This document shows, piece after piece, positions 18,828 to 29,082 of a stretch of DNA of 64,000 nucleotides; within the stretch, counting starts at the first letter, position 1; each line of letters opens with the position of its first letter. The notes beneath the pieces were generated by a model. It had not been told where the DNA came from, made no database searches, and saw nothing but the letters and a program-made list of their open reading frames with translations. The stretch lies in assembly GCA_030648435.1 (NCBI GenBank), contig JAUSHE010000014.1, positions 4,466 through 68,465 of the forward strand. The letters are read 5' to 3'. This DNA is from Candidatus Daviesbacteria bacterium. GTDB taxonomy: Bacteria; Patescibacteriota; Microgenomatia; Daviesbacterales; UBA10151. Made by a program: the position numbers and the translations under genes.

Positions 18828-20300
18828 ATGGAAGAAAGCGTTGAACAAATTGATCCAACTCAGGAGTTGACCACAGATATAATTAAGAAGCGTGCTGTCA
18901 AGGGCGCGGCTATATTAACCGGCAGAATGATTTTAATGCAGGGGGTTTCCTTTTTTGCGATGGCATTTTTAACTGTGTTTCTGGCGCCCTCGGAATTTGG
19001 GGTTTTCTATGTGGTAGCAGCTGTAAAAAATCTATTATCCTATTTTAGTGATATTGGTTTTGCGCCAGCTTTAATTCAAAAAAAAGAGAAACTAACAAAT
19101 ATCGAACTTAAGACTATATTTACTGCCCAACAAGTCCTGATTCTTTTGGTGATCATTCTTGGTTTTATTCTTACTCCGTTAATACAAAAAATCTATCATC
19201 TAAATTTGCAGGCGGTGTATTTGCTATGGGCCTTTCTGCTGTCGTTATTTTTTTCTTCTTTAAAAACTATACCTTCGGTTTTAATGGAGAGGAAATTGGA
19301 GTTTAATAAATATGTAATTCCCCAGGTAGCTGAAAATATTGTTTTTAATTTAACTGCGGTATTTTTGGCATGGAAAGGATTTGGAGTAACAAGCTATACA
19401 ATTGCGGTTATTTTATCCGGTTTATTGGGACTCGCTTTGACATATATTGTTAAACCATGGTGGCCGGGAATTGCGTTTTCGGTAACGGCTTTTAAATCGG
19501 TATTAAAATTTGGTATTCCTTATCAGGCGAATACCCTACTTGCTATGATTAAGGATGATGGGATGATTTTGTTTTTGGGGAGCTTTATTGGTACATCAGG
19601 TGTAGGTCTGTTAGGGTGGGCCCAAAAGTGGGCTTATGCTCCTTTAAGATTCTTTATGGATCAGGTGATAAAAGTAACTTTTCCGGCATTCTCCCGTTTG
19701 CAGGATAACAGAAAAGACTTATCCGATTTAGTAACAAAATCTATTTTTTTCATTTGTCTCCTGGTTTTTCCGTCTCTTGTGATACTTACTTTTGTGGTGC
19801 CCAGTCTAGTGTACATAATACCGAAGTATGCTAAGTGGAGTCCTGCTATTTTTGCTCTTTCGGTTTTGACGATAACTTCAGGTTTGGCAGCTATTACCAC
19901 TCCTTTGACCAATACCCTAAACGCCATAGGTAGAATTACTCTCACTTTTAAACTAATGATTATGTGGACCGTCTTAACTTGGATTTTCGTGCCAACATTA
20001 GCTTTGCTTTATGGGGTTAACGGTGCAGCTGTCGGGTTTACTCTGGTCGGATTAAGTTCTGTGATAGCTTTGTATTTGGTGGCGAAACACGTGGATATAG
20101 ATTATTTAAAAAGTGTTGGTAAGCCACTTCTGGCAGCAATTTTGATGGGGGTTTTTATATTTATAATCAGAAATATTGTACCTTTGTCTTTGCTCCAGGT
20201 CATATTCATGATAAGCACAGGTTTGATTTCCTATATTTTGATAATCTTCTCTTTAGAACCTGGTCTTCTTAGGATAATAAAAAATCAATTCAAAAAATGA
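18828..20300 (+). CDS. wzx: Wzx-like oligosaccharide/polysaccharide flippase (MOP superfamily).
   Basis: 490 aa with about 12-14 TM segments. The N-terminal region (KGAAILTGRMILMQGVSFFAMAFLTVFLAPSEFGVFYVV) is typical of polysaccharide biosynthesis/export proteins. Confidence 0.7.
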   Translation: MEESVEQIDPTQELTTDIIKKRAVKGAAILTGRMILMQGVSFFAMAFLTVFLAPSEFGVFYVVAAVKNLLSYFSDIGFAPALIQKKEKLTNIELKTIFTAQQVLILLVIILGFILTPLIQKIYHLNLQAVYLLWAFLLSLFFSSLKTIPSVLMERKLEFNKYVIPQVAENIVFNLTAVFLAWKGFGVTSYTIAVILSGLLGLALTYIVKPWWPGIAFSVTAFKSVLKFGIPYQANTLLAMIKDDGMILFLGSFIGTSGVGLLGWAQKWAYAPLRFFMDQVIKVTFPAFSRLQDNRKDLSDLVTKSIFFICLLVFPSLVILTFVVPSLVYIIPKYAKWSPAIFALSVLTITSGLAAITTPLTNTLNAIGRITLTFKLMIMWTVLTWIFVPTLALLYGVNGAAVGFTLVGLSSVIALYLVAKHVDIDYLKSVGKPLLAAILMGVFIFIIRNIVPLSLLQVIFMISTGLISYILIIFSLEPGLLRIIKNQFKK

Positions 20301-23300
20301 AAAAGCTGCTATTGTTATTTTTGTTTCTACTATCTTTTAGTTTTGTTCCAAAAGTCTTTGCTCAGAATAGTTCATTCGTCTCAATTGTTAATCCGATACG
20401 AGGCAATGATTTTTGGGATATGAAAGACCAAAAAGCAGAAACAGCAGTATTGGGACAAATTGAGATTTTAAACAAGAACAAATTACCTGCCACCTGGTTA
20501 ATTCGGTTTGACGCATTAGATAATCAAATCATTATAAACGCGACGAAAGGAAGATTATCCGACGAGAAAGGGATATTTTTAGAAGTTACTTCCAGCTGGG
20601 CTAATGCTGCAAAGGTTACTTATCATAAATCTGATATCTGGCATATGGCAGGCAGCGCTTTTTTAACAGGTTACGAAAGATTGGAACGGGAAAAGTTAAT
20701 AGATGCGGCATTTGAAAAATTCAAGAGCATTTTCGGATATTTTCCTTCTTCTATCGGAGCCTGGTGGGTTGATAGCTATTCTTTGGATTACATGCAAAGG
20801 AAATATGGAATCACCGGAGCCCTTATTGTAGCTGATCAATATTCAACCGACAATTACCAAATCTGGGGTCAGTATTTCGGAACACCATATTATCCGGCCA
20901 AAAATAACGCTCTTCACCCTGCTAGCTTTAAAGAAACAAAACTTCCTGTAGTGATAATGCAATGGGCTTCCAGAGACCCCGTAAATGCTTATGGAAATGG
21001 TGTTAATGAAAGTACATTCAGCGTTCAGGCAAATGATTACACTGATTATCATGATTTGGACATAAAATATTTTTCCTCTCTTGTTGATATTTACACAGAA
21101 CAAAAATATAACGGATTTAGTCATTTGGTGGTTGGTTTGGAAAATTCTTATGACTGGAATAAATATGGATCTGAATACCGAAGGCAGATAGAAATTTTAT
21201 TGAAGAAACAGATCAATATTACTACAATGTCTGATTTTGCCCAGTGGTATAAAAATAATTTTCCGGAAATTTCTCCAGAGCAAATAGTTATCGCTGACGA
21301 TCCTCTGGGAAGTTTTAAAAAATCTGTCTGGTTTATGAACCCTCACTATAGGGCTTTTTTATTTGTTAATCAGGAAGGAGTAGTTTTTCGTGATGTAAGG
21401 CAATATATTGAAGGGGAAGAAGAGTTGTGCTATTTGAAGAGTTGTTCAATTGTAAATTTTGCAACATTTGCCACAAGAGTTTTGGATGATGTGACTTATG
21501 GTAATAAATGGGTTATAGATGGTGGAGGAATAAGAGATTTTAATGTTTCAAAGACTTTAACAGGATACCTGATAAGTTATATAAACGATGCTGGGAATAA
21601 GCGCAAAATAGAATTTTTACCAAAGGATATTAAAATTGATGAAAAGATATTCACCATCGATGGGGCAATTTTGAATGCTATAGGACAGGATAATAAAATA
21701 CCGAAAAAAATCTCTGATTTTAAAAACGGATTTTTTAAATGGTCAATTTCTTCTGTATTTTTAAAATCAGCTTTTTTTGGTCTCTTTTTGGTTTTAGCTT
21801 GTTTTTTACCAGGTTTTATTTTCACAAATAAGTTATACAAAAAAGATGATGGAATATTCATAAAAATATTTATTGCAACGATAATAGGTATTGTCTTATT
21901 CACAGTTATTTCCTATGGTACAAGCTTTTTTAATATTAAATTATTGGTTTATGCATATATAATTGTTCCGCTGTTTATATTTTTTCGTTTTAAATTTTTT
22001 AAAGCTTTAAATTTAAAACTACAAAAACCTGACATATTCAGCTTACTCTCGGTATTGATGATTTTTGTGGGAACAATCTTTCAAGTGATACCAGTTTTTC
22101 GAAGTGGTCTAAGTTTTCCTTATGGTATGGGTTTTTGGGGACCTAACGCACATGATGGTATTTGGCATGTTAGTTTAATTAATCAAATTGCAAAAGGCCT
22201 GCCTGCAGACAATCCCATTTTTGCAGGTGTAATTTTGAGGAATTATCACTTTTTTTATGATCTGCTTGTTGCTGGAACCTACAATTTAACCAATATCCCT
22301 GTTTTGGATCTAGTCTTCAGATTTTATCCGTTAATTTTTTCAATAATGCTTGGTATAGGAACTTATTATTTAGCCTTAAATCTTTTTGGGACAACGATTA
22401 AAGGAAAAGTAGCTGCAATTTTCAGTCTTTATTTCGTTTATTTTGCTGGTAGTTTTGGTTGGATTGCAGATTATTTAAAGCACAAAACTTTAGGAGGAGA
22501 ATCCGCGTTCTGGGCGAACCAGTCAATATCATTTAATTTAAATCCCCCCTTTGCGATATCGCTTCTTATAGTTATTGCTTTCCTGTTAATTTTTTTATCT
22601 GCCAGAAGATTAAATAGAATAAGCGTTATAAGTATTTTGGCTTTACTTGGAGGTAGTTTAATAGGTTTTAAAGTTTACGGCGCCGTTCTTTTAATAGGTT
22701 CACTGATTCCTATAGCGATAATTTCACTATTTAAGAAAGAATTTACCATTTTTTATATAACAATATTTACAGTATTTCTTTCCGGTTTAATATTTCTATC
22801 TAATTTCGAGTCGGGGCAGCAACTTATTATTTTTTCTCCTTTCTGGTTTATTCATTCAATGATTGATTCTGAAAGCAGAATAGGGTGGGTAAAGCTTTCA
22901 CTTGCAAGAGTAGCAGGATTGGAAACGCATAACTGGTTTAAATTTATAATCGCAGAGATAATAGGTGTTGTTTTATTTATTGTAGGCAATATGGGCTTCA
23001 GGGTTTTAAGTTTTACTGCACTTGGGAAATTTCCGTTTTTACTATTTTTTTCTGCACTATCATTTTTTATACCCGTAATACTTATTCAGGGAGGAAATCC
23101 ATGGAATACAATTCAATTTTCTTATTATGGCCTTTATATAACAGCATTAATTAGCGGTATTGTTTTATCGTCGTTAATTCTAAGCATCAAAAAAGCTTTA
23201 GCGGTAATAATTGTGATTATTGTTTTAATATTAACGCCTATTAATTCTGTTACGACAGCAAGTTATTATTTAGGTGTACCTCATGCTATTATCAGCGATA

Positions 23301-23692
23301 AAGAACTTGAGGCATTAAGATTTTTGGCAGAACAACCCGAAGGAATAATACTTACTTACCCCTACGATGATAAATTAAAACAAAAATTAAATGAGCCATG
23401 GCCGCTTCTTGCTTATGATAGTACGGCTTATGTTGCTGCTATTTCGGGAAAAAGTGTTTTTGTAGAAGACGAGGGACAAAATCAGATTCTGTTTACCAAC
23501 TACAAGAAAAGACTTATTTCTTCTAAAGATTTTTTTCAAAACGCAATCTCACAAAAAACAAAATTTCTGCAGGAGAATAAAATAAGTTATATTTATCTGC
23601 CAAAGATATACAATGTATTCCTGGATGAGAAGGCGGTACCCGTTAAAAGTATTTTTGAAAATGAAAAAGTGAAAATATATCAAAGAATTTGA
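20297..23692 (+). CDS. Giant three-part protein (1131 aa): signal peptide, ~480-aa extracytoplasmic domain, large polytopic domain, C-terminal soluble domain.
   Basis: Signal-peptide-like MKKLLLLFLFLLSFSFVPKVFAQN. The TM domain carries GPNAHDGIWHVSLINQ and SFGWIADYL..GGESAFWANQ motifs. The C-terminus ends in KISYIYLPK. It is paralogous to the ORF at 23694. Confidence 0.6.
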   Translation: MKKLLLLFLFLLSFSFVPKVFAQNSSFVSIVNPIRGNDFWDMKDQKAETAVLGQIEILNKNKLPATWLIRFDALDNQIIINATKGRLSDEKGIFLEVTSSWANAAKVTYHKSDIWHMAGSAFLTGYERLEREKLIDAAFEKFKSIFGYFPSSIGAWWVDSYSLDYMQRKYGITGALIVADQYSTDNYQIWGQYFGTPYYPAKNNALHPASFKETKLPVVIMQWASRDPVNAYGNGVNESTFSVQANDYTDYHDLDIKYFSSLVDIYTEQKYNGFSHLVVGLENSYDWNKYGSEYRRQIEILLKKQINITTMSDFAQWYKNNFPEISPEQIVIADDPLGSFKKSVWFMNPHYRAFLFVNQEGVVFRDVRQYIEGEEELCYLKSCSIVNFATFATRVLDDVTYGNKWVIDGGGIRDFNVSKTLTGYLISYINDAGNKRKIEFLPKDIKIDEKIFTIDGAILNAIGQDNKIPKKISDFKNGFFKWSISSVFLKSAFFGLFLVLACFLPGFIFTNKLYKKDDGIFIKIFIATIIGIVLFTVISYGTSFFNIKLLVYAYIIVPLFIFFRFKFFKALNLKLQKPDIFSLLSVLMIFVGTIFQVIPVFRSGLSFPYGMGFWGPNAHDGIWHVSLINQIAKGLPADNPIFAGVILRNYHFFYDLLVAGTYNLTNIPVLDLVFRFYPLIFSIMLGIGTYYLALNLFGTTIKGKVAAIFSLYFVYFAGSFGWIADYLKHKTLGGESAFWANQSISFNLNPPFAISLLIVIAFLLIFLSARRLNRISVISILALLGGSLIGFKVYGAVLLIGSLIPIAIISLFKKEFTIFYITIFTVFLSGLIFLSNFESGQQLIIFSPFWFIHSMIDSESRIGWVKLSLARVAGLETHNWFKFIIAEIIGVVLFIVGNMGFRVLSFTALGKFPFLLFFSALSFFIPVILIQGGNPWNTIQFSYYGLYITALISGIVLSSLILSIKKALAVIIVIIVLILTPINSVTTASYYLGVPHAIISDKELEALRFLAEQPEGIILTYPYDDKLKQKLNEPWPLLAYDSTAYVAAISGKSVFVEDEGQNQILFTNYKKRLISSKDFFQNAISQKTKFLQENKISYIYLPKIYNVFLDEKAVPVKSIFENEKVKIYQRI

Positions 23693-23693
23693 A

Positions 23694-25721
23694 ATGATTC
23701 AACTAATAATAACACTGAGCTTGCTTTTGATTTTTATCCCTATATCTATATTTCTTTTCTATGTTCCCGGTTTTGCGATTGTTTCCCGGACGAAGCAAGA
23801 GTTAGGAAGAGTTGAGTCATTAGTATTATCATTTGGTTTAGGTTTTATTCTTTTTACGCTCCTGACTATAATGTTGGGATTTCTGAATCTACGCTTTTTA
23901 AGTATATTCATATTAATTTTAATAAATCTCTGTGTGTTTTATAGGTATAAACTTCACTGTTTGGATAGCCTAAATATTTTTCGGGACAAAAGACTAAGTG
24001 CATTAATCGTTTTGGGAATATTGGTACAGGGTTTAATAAACTTTCCAAGCGGTTATCTATTCAAGGATGGTTTATATTTCTGGAGCGCTCAGGGGCATGA
24101 CGGTGTCAGGCATATTGCTTTTATGGAGCAGATAAAAAAAGAATTTCCTCCCAAAACTCCGCTTTTTTCCCAGGAACCTTTAATAAATTATCATTATTTT
24201 GTGGATATAGTTATGGGGGAAACGCTTAGACTCTTTCCTTTTTTTAGCTCCTGGGATATATATTTCAGATTTTTTCCTGTTCTGTTTTCTTTTCTAATAA
24301 CCACTTCAACTTTTGCTTTTGTTAAAGTTTGGAAAAATAAACAAATTGCTTATTGGGCGATCTTCTTTACCACTTTTACGGGAAGTTTTGGATGGATAGT
24401 TAAATTGCTCAGGGGAAATGGACCCTTTGGAGGCGAAACTGTCTTTTGGGCTTCTCAGATTAATACCGTGATCGGAAATCCGGCTACAGCGATTTCTATA
24501 ATTCTAGTTTTAACATTTTTACTTGGTCTTAAATTTTATCTTGAGAATAATAACTGGAAGTGGTTTTTAATTTGTTTAATTCTCGGGTCAATAATCTCCG
24601 GTTTTAAGGTGTTTGGAGGAATGGTATTGCTGTCTGGTTTGGTTGCAGGTTCAGTTATCGATTTAATTTTTAGGAGAAAAATACGCTTGGCTTTAATTTC
24701 AGGAACTTTAGGTATTTCTAATTTTATAGCTTTTAAATCAATGACTTCAGGTGCAGTTAATCTGATGTTATTTGAACCATGGTGGTTAATAAGAACATTA
24801 ATCGTATCCGGGGATAGGTTAAACTGGATAGATTTGGAACTGCGCAGACAGTACTATCTTTCGCTGCATTCCGTAAGAGGTTATCTAAGAGTAGCAGAAT
24901 ATGAAACTATAGCTTTTTTACTGTTTCTGATTGGAAATATCGGTGTTCGTTTTGTTGGTTTTTATGAGTTGGCAAAAGATATAATTTACCAAGTAAAAAC
25001 TAAATTTTCTGATAGACTGACAATAATAATCTTTTTTGCCATGCTTTTGGCATTTTTGATGCCACTTCTTTTCGTGCAAAAAGGATTAGCATACAATAAC
25101 ATCCAGTTTTTGGAATATTTTATTCTCTTTTTGGGATTTTTTGCAGCTGCATCAACTTGTACTTTGTTGAAAAAAATATCTTCTCCTGTTATTAAGTATC
25201 TTGTCATTACGACAATTATTATTCTTGCCGTACCTACTGTTGTTGGAAATTTATTGGAATTTTACGGTCCTGGGTCAGCCCCAAATGCAAAAATAAGCAG
25301 ACAAGAATTACAAGCGCTTTATTATTTAAGGGATAATACAGAGAGGGAGAGTATTGTTTTGAATGCTCCTTTTGAACCGTATCGATCTGGAAAAGAAAAT
25401 AGACCAATACCTATTTATACTTGGTACAGTACTTCTTATATTGCCGCAATTTCTTTGCGAACGACCTATCTTTCAGACGAGGAGCAAGCGATTACAACCG
25501 GTTATCCGGCAGACGAAAGGCTAAATAATATGCGTAATTTTTTTAGTCAAAAAGATTTTGCATGGAACCAGAATTTTCTAAAGAGAAATAAAATCAATTA
25601 TATTTATTTACCTAAGAAAGAAATACAAACTTTGGATACTAGCTTACTGCTTGACGAGAATGGCAATCAAATAAGAAAATTTTATGAGAATACAGAAGTA
25701 GTTATTTATGAAGTTAAATAA
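23694..25721 (+). CDS. Polytopic membrane protein (675 aa), paralog of the TM and C-terminal domains of the ORF at 20297.
   Basis: Shares SAQGHDGVRHIAFMEQ, SFGWIVKLL..GGETVFWASQ and C-terminal KINYIYLPK with the upstream protein. It has no large N-terminal soluble domain. Confidence 0.6.
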   Translation: MIQLIITLSLLLIFIPISIFLFYVPGFAIVSRTKQELGRVESLVLSFGLGFILFTLLTIMLGFLNLRFLSIFILILINLCVFYRYKLHCLDSLNIFRDKRLSALIVLGILVQGLINFPSGYLFKDGLYFWSAQGHDGVRHIAFMEQIKKEFPPKTPLFSQEPLINYHYFVDIVMGETLRLFPFFSSWDIYFRFFPVLFSFLITTSTFAFVKVWKNKQIAYWAIFFTTFTGSFGWIVKLLRGNGPFGGETVFWASQINTVIGNPATAISIILVLTFLLGLKFYLENNNWKWFLICLILGSIISGFKVFGGMVLLSGLVAGSVIDLIFRRKIRLALISGTLGISNFIAFKSMTSGAVNLMLFEPWWLIRTLIVSGDRLNWIDLELRRQYYLSLHSVRGYLRVAEYETIAFLLFLIGNIGVRFVGFYELAKDIIYQVKTKFSDRLTIIIFFAMLLAFLMPLLFVQKGLAYNNIQFLEYFILFLGFFAAASTCTLLKKISSPVIKYLVITTIIILAVPTVVGNLLEFYGPGSAPNAKISRQELQALYYLRDNTERESIVLNAPFEPYRSGKENRPIPIYTWYSTSYIAAISLRTTYLSDEEQAITTGYPADERLNNMRNFFSQKDFAWNQNFLKRNKINYIYLPKKEIQTLDTSLLLDENGNQIRKFYENTEVVIYEVK

Positions 25722-27387
25722 ATTTAAGATATTATTAACATTGGTACTATTGCTGGCCACTTTCCTCCGGTTTTATAGAATCGATGAAAATCCGGTATCG
25801 TTGTTTGGTGATGAGCTTGATGTAGGATATCAGGCCTATTCGATTTTGAAAACGGGAAGAGATTATATGGGTAATTTTCTGCCAATTCATTTTCAGTCGT
25901 TGGCAGAATATAGGACTCCTTTATATATTTATTCTGCTGTGCCGACCGTTGCCGTCTTTGGGATTTCGGCTTTGGGGGTCAGGTTGCCGGCCGCCGTATT
26001 CGGAGTATTAAGTGTCTTGGCGTTATATCTTTTGGTTTTGGAAATAACAAAGAACAAAAAATTAGGTTTACTGGCAGCATTTTTGCTGAGTATCTCTCCT
26101 TGGCATACTCATTTTTCCAGGGCCGGGTTTGAAGTTACAGAGATGCTTTTTTTCTATATAACCGGAATATATTTTTTTCTTCACGGATTGAAATCCGGTA
26201 AATGGCTTTTTCTTTCTGCAATATGTTTAGGATTAACTCCATGGGTATATAGCACTGCTAAATTATTTCTTCCTTTAACAGTTTTGGCGATTTTAGTTAT
26301 CTGGTGGAAGGATCTGCTAAATATACCAAAAAGAAGATTGTTTTTAGCAATTACAATTTTTGTAATAATTGTAGTGCCGTTTTTAACAAGTACTATTTTT
26401 GGAGGAGGCGCGGAGAGGATACAGGGTATATCAATATTTAATAATCCGACAGTGATACCGCAAATGGGTTTTGATAGGATGAATGATGTAAATGTAAGAG
26501 GAGAAAATCAATCTGTAACTATTGTCGATAAATTATTTCATAATAAAATTACTGCCTATTCTGCAATTTTTATTAATAATTATTTTCAATCTTTTTCACC
26601 AGAGTTTTTATTTACAAAAGGAGATTATTTAAACCTCCGACAATCTTCAGGCATAGAATTTTACAAAGTAGAGCTTATTTTTTTGATATTAGGATTGATT
26701 TATTTGGTAACTTCCGGCTTAGATCGGAAGGTTAAAGCTTTTTTAATATTTTGGCTTTTGGTAGCACCTATTCCTTCAAGTCTCACACAAGGAGGCGGAA
26801 ATCATGCAACCAGGTTGATTTTGATGCTGCCTATTTTAATTATTTTAATAGCATTTGGAATGTACTACAGTTATACAAAAATCAGCAGGAAGCTTAAAGT
26901 AGTATTTCTTGTTCTGGTTTCCATAATTTTGTTTTTGAATTTTATTTTTTATCAGCATAATTATTGGGTCCATTATCCTTGGAGTTCAGAGAGATGGTGG
27001 CATGCCGGCTATGAGGAGGCGATTAAATCTGCAGTTAAGATTGGTGGAAATTACGACCGTGTAATTATCAGTTCTGCCAATGAGCCGTCGCTCAAATTTT
27101 TCTTAGGGTGGTCAATGTATCCTCCTGAGCGTTTTCAGAAAGAATACAACGCAGATTCAACTCTACATTTAGGTAAATATGAATTTCCCCCTGTAGGAGC
27201 AGGTTTGAATTTGTATGAAATAGGATCGAAGTTGCCTGAAGGAGTTTTATATTTGGCAACAATTAAAGAAATTGTTCTGGATCTTAATAAAGAACCGGGC
27301 AGAGTACCCAATGATATAAAATTAATTAAGATAATTAACTATCCTTCAGGAGCTCCTGCTTTTTATCTTTTCGAAAAAGCAATATAA
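25708..27387 (+). CDS. GT-C glycosyltransferase of the PMT_2 (GT39/ArnT-like) family.
   Basis: 559 aa. FGDELDVGYQAYSILKTGRDYMGNFLPIHF after the first TM is the PMT_2 DE motif. The same motif recurs in the ORFs at 32882, 34514 and 36118. Confidence 0.7.
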   Translation: MKLNKFKILLTLVLLLATFLRFYRIDENPVSLFGDELDVGYQAYSILKTGRDYMGNFLPIHFQSLAEYRTPLYIYSAVPTVAVFGISALGVRLPAAVFGVLSVLALYLLVLEITKNKKLGLLAAFLLSISPWHTHFSRAGFEVTEMLFFYITGIYFFLHGLKSGKWLFLSAICLGLTPWVYSTAKLFLPLTVLAILVIWWKDLLNIPKRRLFLAITIFVIIVVPFLTSTIFGGGAERIQGISIFNNPTVIPQMGFDRMNDVNVRGENQSVTIVDKLFHNKITAYSAIFINNYFQSFSPEFLFTKGDYLNLRQSSGIEFYKVELIFLILGLIYLVTSGLDRKVKAFLIFWLLVAPIPSSLTQGGGNHATRLILMLPILIILIAFGMYYSYTKISRKLKVVFLVLVSIILFLNFIFYQHNYWVHYPWSSERWWHAGYEEAIKSAVKIGGNYDRVIISSANEPSLKFFLGWSMYPPERFQKEYNADSTLHLGKYEFPPVGAGLNLYEIGSKLPEGVLYLATIKEIVLDLNKEPGRVPNDIKLIKIINYPSGAPAFYLFEKAI

Positions 27388-27394
27388 TAAGATC

Positions 27395-28279
27395 ATGAGT
27401 AAGATTTCAGTCATAATTAATACTTTAAATGAAGACAATAATATTGAGGGTAGCATTAAATCAGTTTCCTGGACTGATGAGATTATAGTTTGTGATATGT
27501 ATTCACAGGATAAAACTGTGGAAATAGCAAAAAAAGCAGGTGCTAAGGTCATTTTCCACAAGCGTGAAACGTATGTTGAGCCTGCTAGAAATTTTGCTGT
27601 ATTAAAGGCTTCAGGCGACTGGATTCTCGTAATTGATGCTGATGAGCAAATACCAGCCACTCTTGCTGAAAGATTACAACAAATTGCAGCAAATATGAAA
27701 CAGATAGATTATGTCAGAATTCCCAGAAAAAATTTAATTTTTGGACATTTTTTGAGGCATTCCGGGTGGTGGCCTGATTACAACATCAGATTCTTCAAGA
27801 AAGATACAGTATCCTGGACTAATGAAATCCATCGTCCACCGAAAGCTGTTGGTACGGGTTTAGATCTGGAAGCAGAGGAGAAATATGCAATAATTCATCA
27901 CAGTTACGAAAGCATCTCGCAATTTTTAGAAAGGATGAACAGGTATACTACAGTTGAAGCTAATGAATTAAACAAGCAGGGTAAAAAGTTTATTTGGAAG
28001 GATTTATTTGTTAATCCGTTAAATGAATTTCTATCGCGTTTTTTTGCTTTGGAGGGGTATAAAGATGGGTTACATGGCTTGGTCTTAAGTTTGTTACAGG
28101 CATTTTCTTTCTTGGTTGTTTCTTTGAAATTATGGGAGATTGAAAAATTTAGAAAGCAAGAGATTACACTTGAGGAAGTGCAAAGTCAAAACAACGAGTC
28201 GGTACGCGCTATTAATTATTGGTTTAAACAATCAAAATCCGGGGGAAATTTCTTAAGTAAGCTGTTTAAAAGGAGATAA
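27395..28279 (+). CDS. GT2 glycosyltransferase (WaaE/KdtX-like subgroup).
   Basis: ISVIINTLNE, WTDEIIVCD and VIDADE motifs. Paralogous to the ORFs at 28279 and 37707. Confidence 0.75.
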   Translation: MSKISVIINTLNEDNNIEGSIKSVSWTDEIIVCDMYSQDKTVEIAKKAGAKVIFHKRETYVEPARNFAVLKASGDWILVIDADEQIPATLAERLQQIAANMKQIDYVRIPRKNLIFGHFLRHSGWWPDYNIRFFKKDTVSWTNEIHRPPKAVGTGLDLEAEEKYAIIHHSYESISQFLERMNRYTTVEANELNKQGKKFIWKDLFVNPLNEFLSRFFALEGYKDGLHGLVLSLLQAFSFLVVSLKLWEIEKFRKQEITLEEVQSQNNESVRAINYWFKQSKSGGNFLSKLFKRR

Positions 28280-29082
28280 TGTTAAGCGTTATAATAATTA
28301 CCAAAAACGAAGAGGAAAGGATTAAGGCCTGCCTGGAATCAGTTAAATGGGCTGATGAAATCATAGTCGTTGATAATGGTTCTGGGGATAATACTCTGAA
28401 AATAGCTAAGCAATACACCAATAAGATATTTAAGGTCAATTTTGAAGATTTCTCGGCATGGAGAAATGAGGCTTTTCAAAAATCATCCGGAGATTGGATT
28501 CTTTTTGTAGATCCTGATGAAAGAATACTTGAGCCTTTAAAAAATGAAATAACAGAGATTATTAAAGCTTCTGATTTTTCAGCCTATGCAATATCGCGCA
28601 AAAATATAATTTTTGGAAAGGAAGTAAGATATGGTCCTTTCTGGCCTGATTGGGTAATAAGATTGATTAAGAAAAGAGATTTTGAGGGATGGGTTGGCAA
28701 AGTACACGAGTACCCCAAATTTAAAGGAACGCTAGGTTACAGCAAAAATTCACTGCTGCATTTAACTCACCGCAACCTTGATCAAATAGTGCTTAAAAGT
28801 CTTGCATGGTCGAAGATTGATGCCAGTCTGCGGTTTGACGCGAATCATCCGAGAATGTCCGGATGGCGGTTTTTGAGGATATTTATCAGTGAGATATTTA
28901 ATCAGGGAATTGTGCGCAGAGGTTTTCTCAGTGGAACAATAGGAATTATAGACTGTTTATTACAAGTCTTTAGCTTCTATATGACTTATGTAAGACTATG
29001 GGAGATGCAACAGGGGAAATCTCTGGACAGCGCTTACGATGATATAGATAAAAAACTTCTTGAAAGTAATTTCAGATACTAA
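28279..29082 (+). CDS. GT2 glycosyltransferase (WaaE/KdtX-like subgroup).
   Basis: LSVIIITKNEEERI, WADEIIVVDNGSGDNT and FVDPDE motifs. Confidence 0.75.
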   Translation: MLSVIIITKNEEERIKACLESVKWADEIIVVDNGSGDNTLKIAKQYTNKIFKVNFEDFSAWRNEAFQKSSGDWILFVDPDERILEPLKNEITEIIKASDFSAYAISRKNIIFGKEVRYGPFWPDWVIRLIKKRDFEGWVGKVHEYPKFKGTLGYSKNSLLHLTHRNLDQIVLKSLAWSKIDASLRFDANHPRMSGWRFLRIFISEIFNQGIVRRGFLSGTIGIIDCLLQVFSFYMTYVRLWEMQQGKSLDSAYDDIDKKLLESNFRY

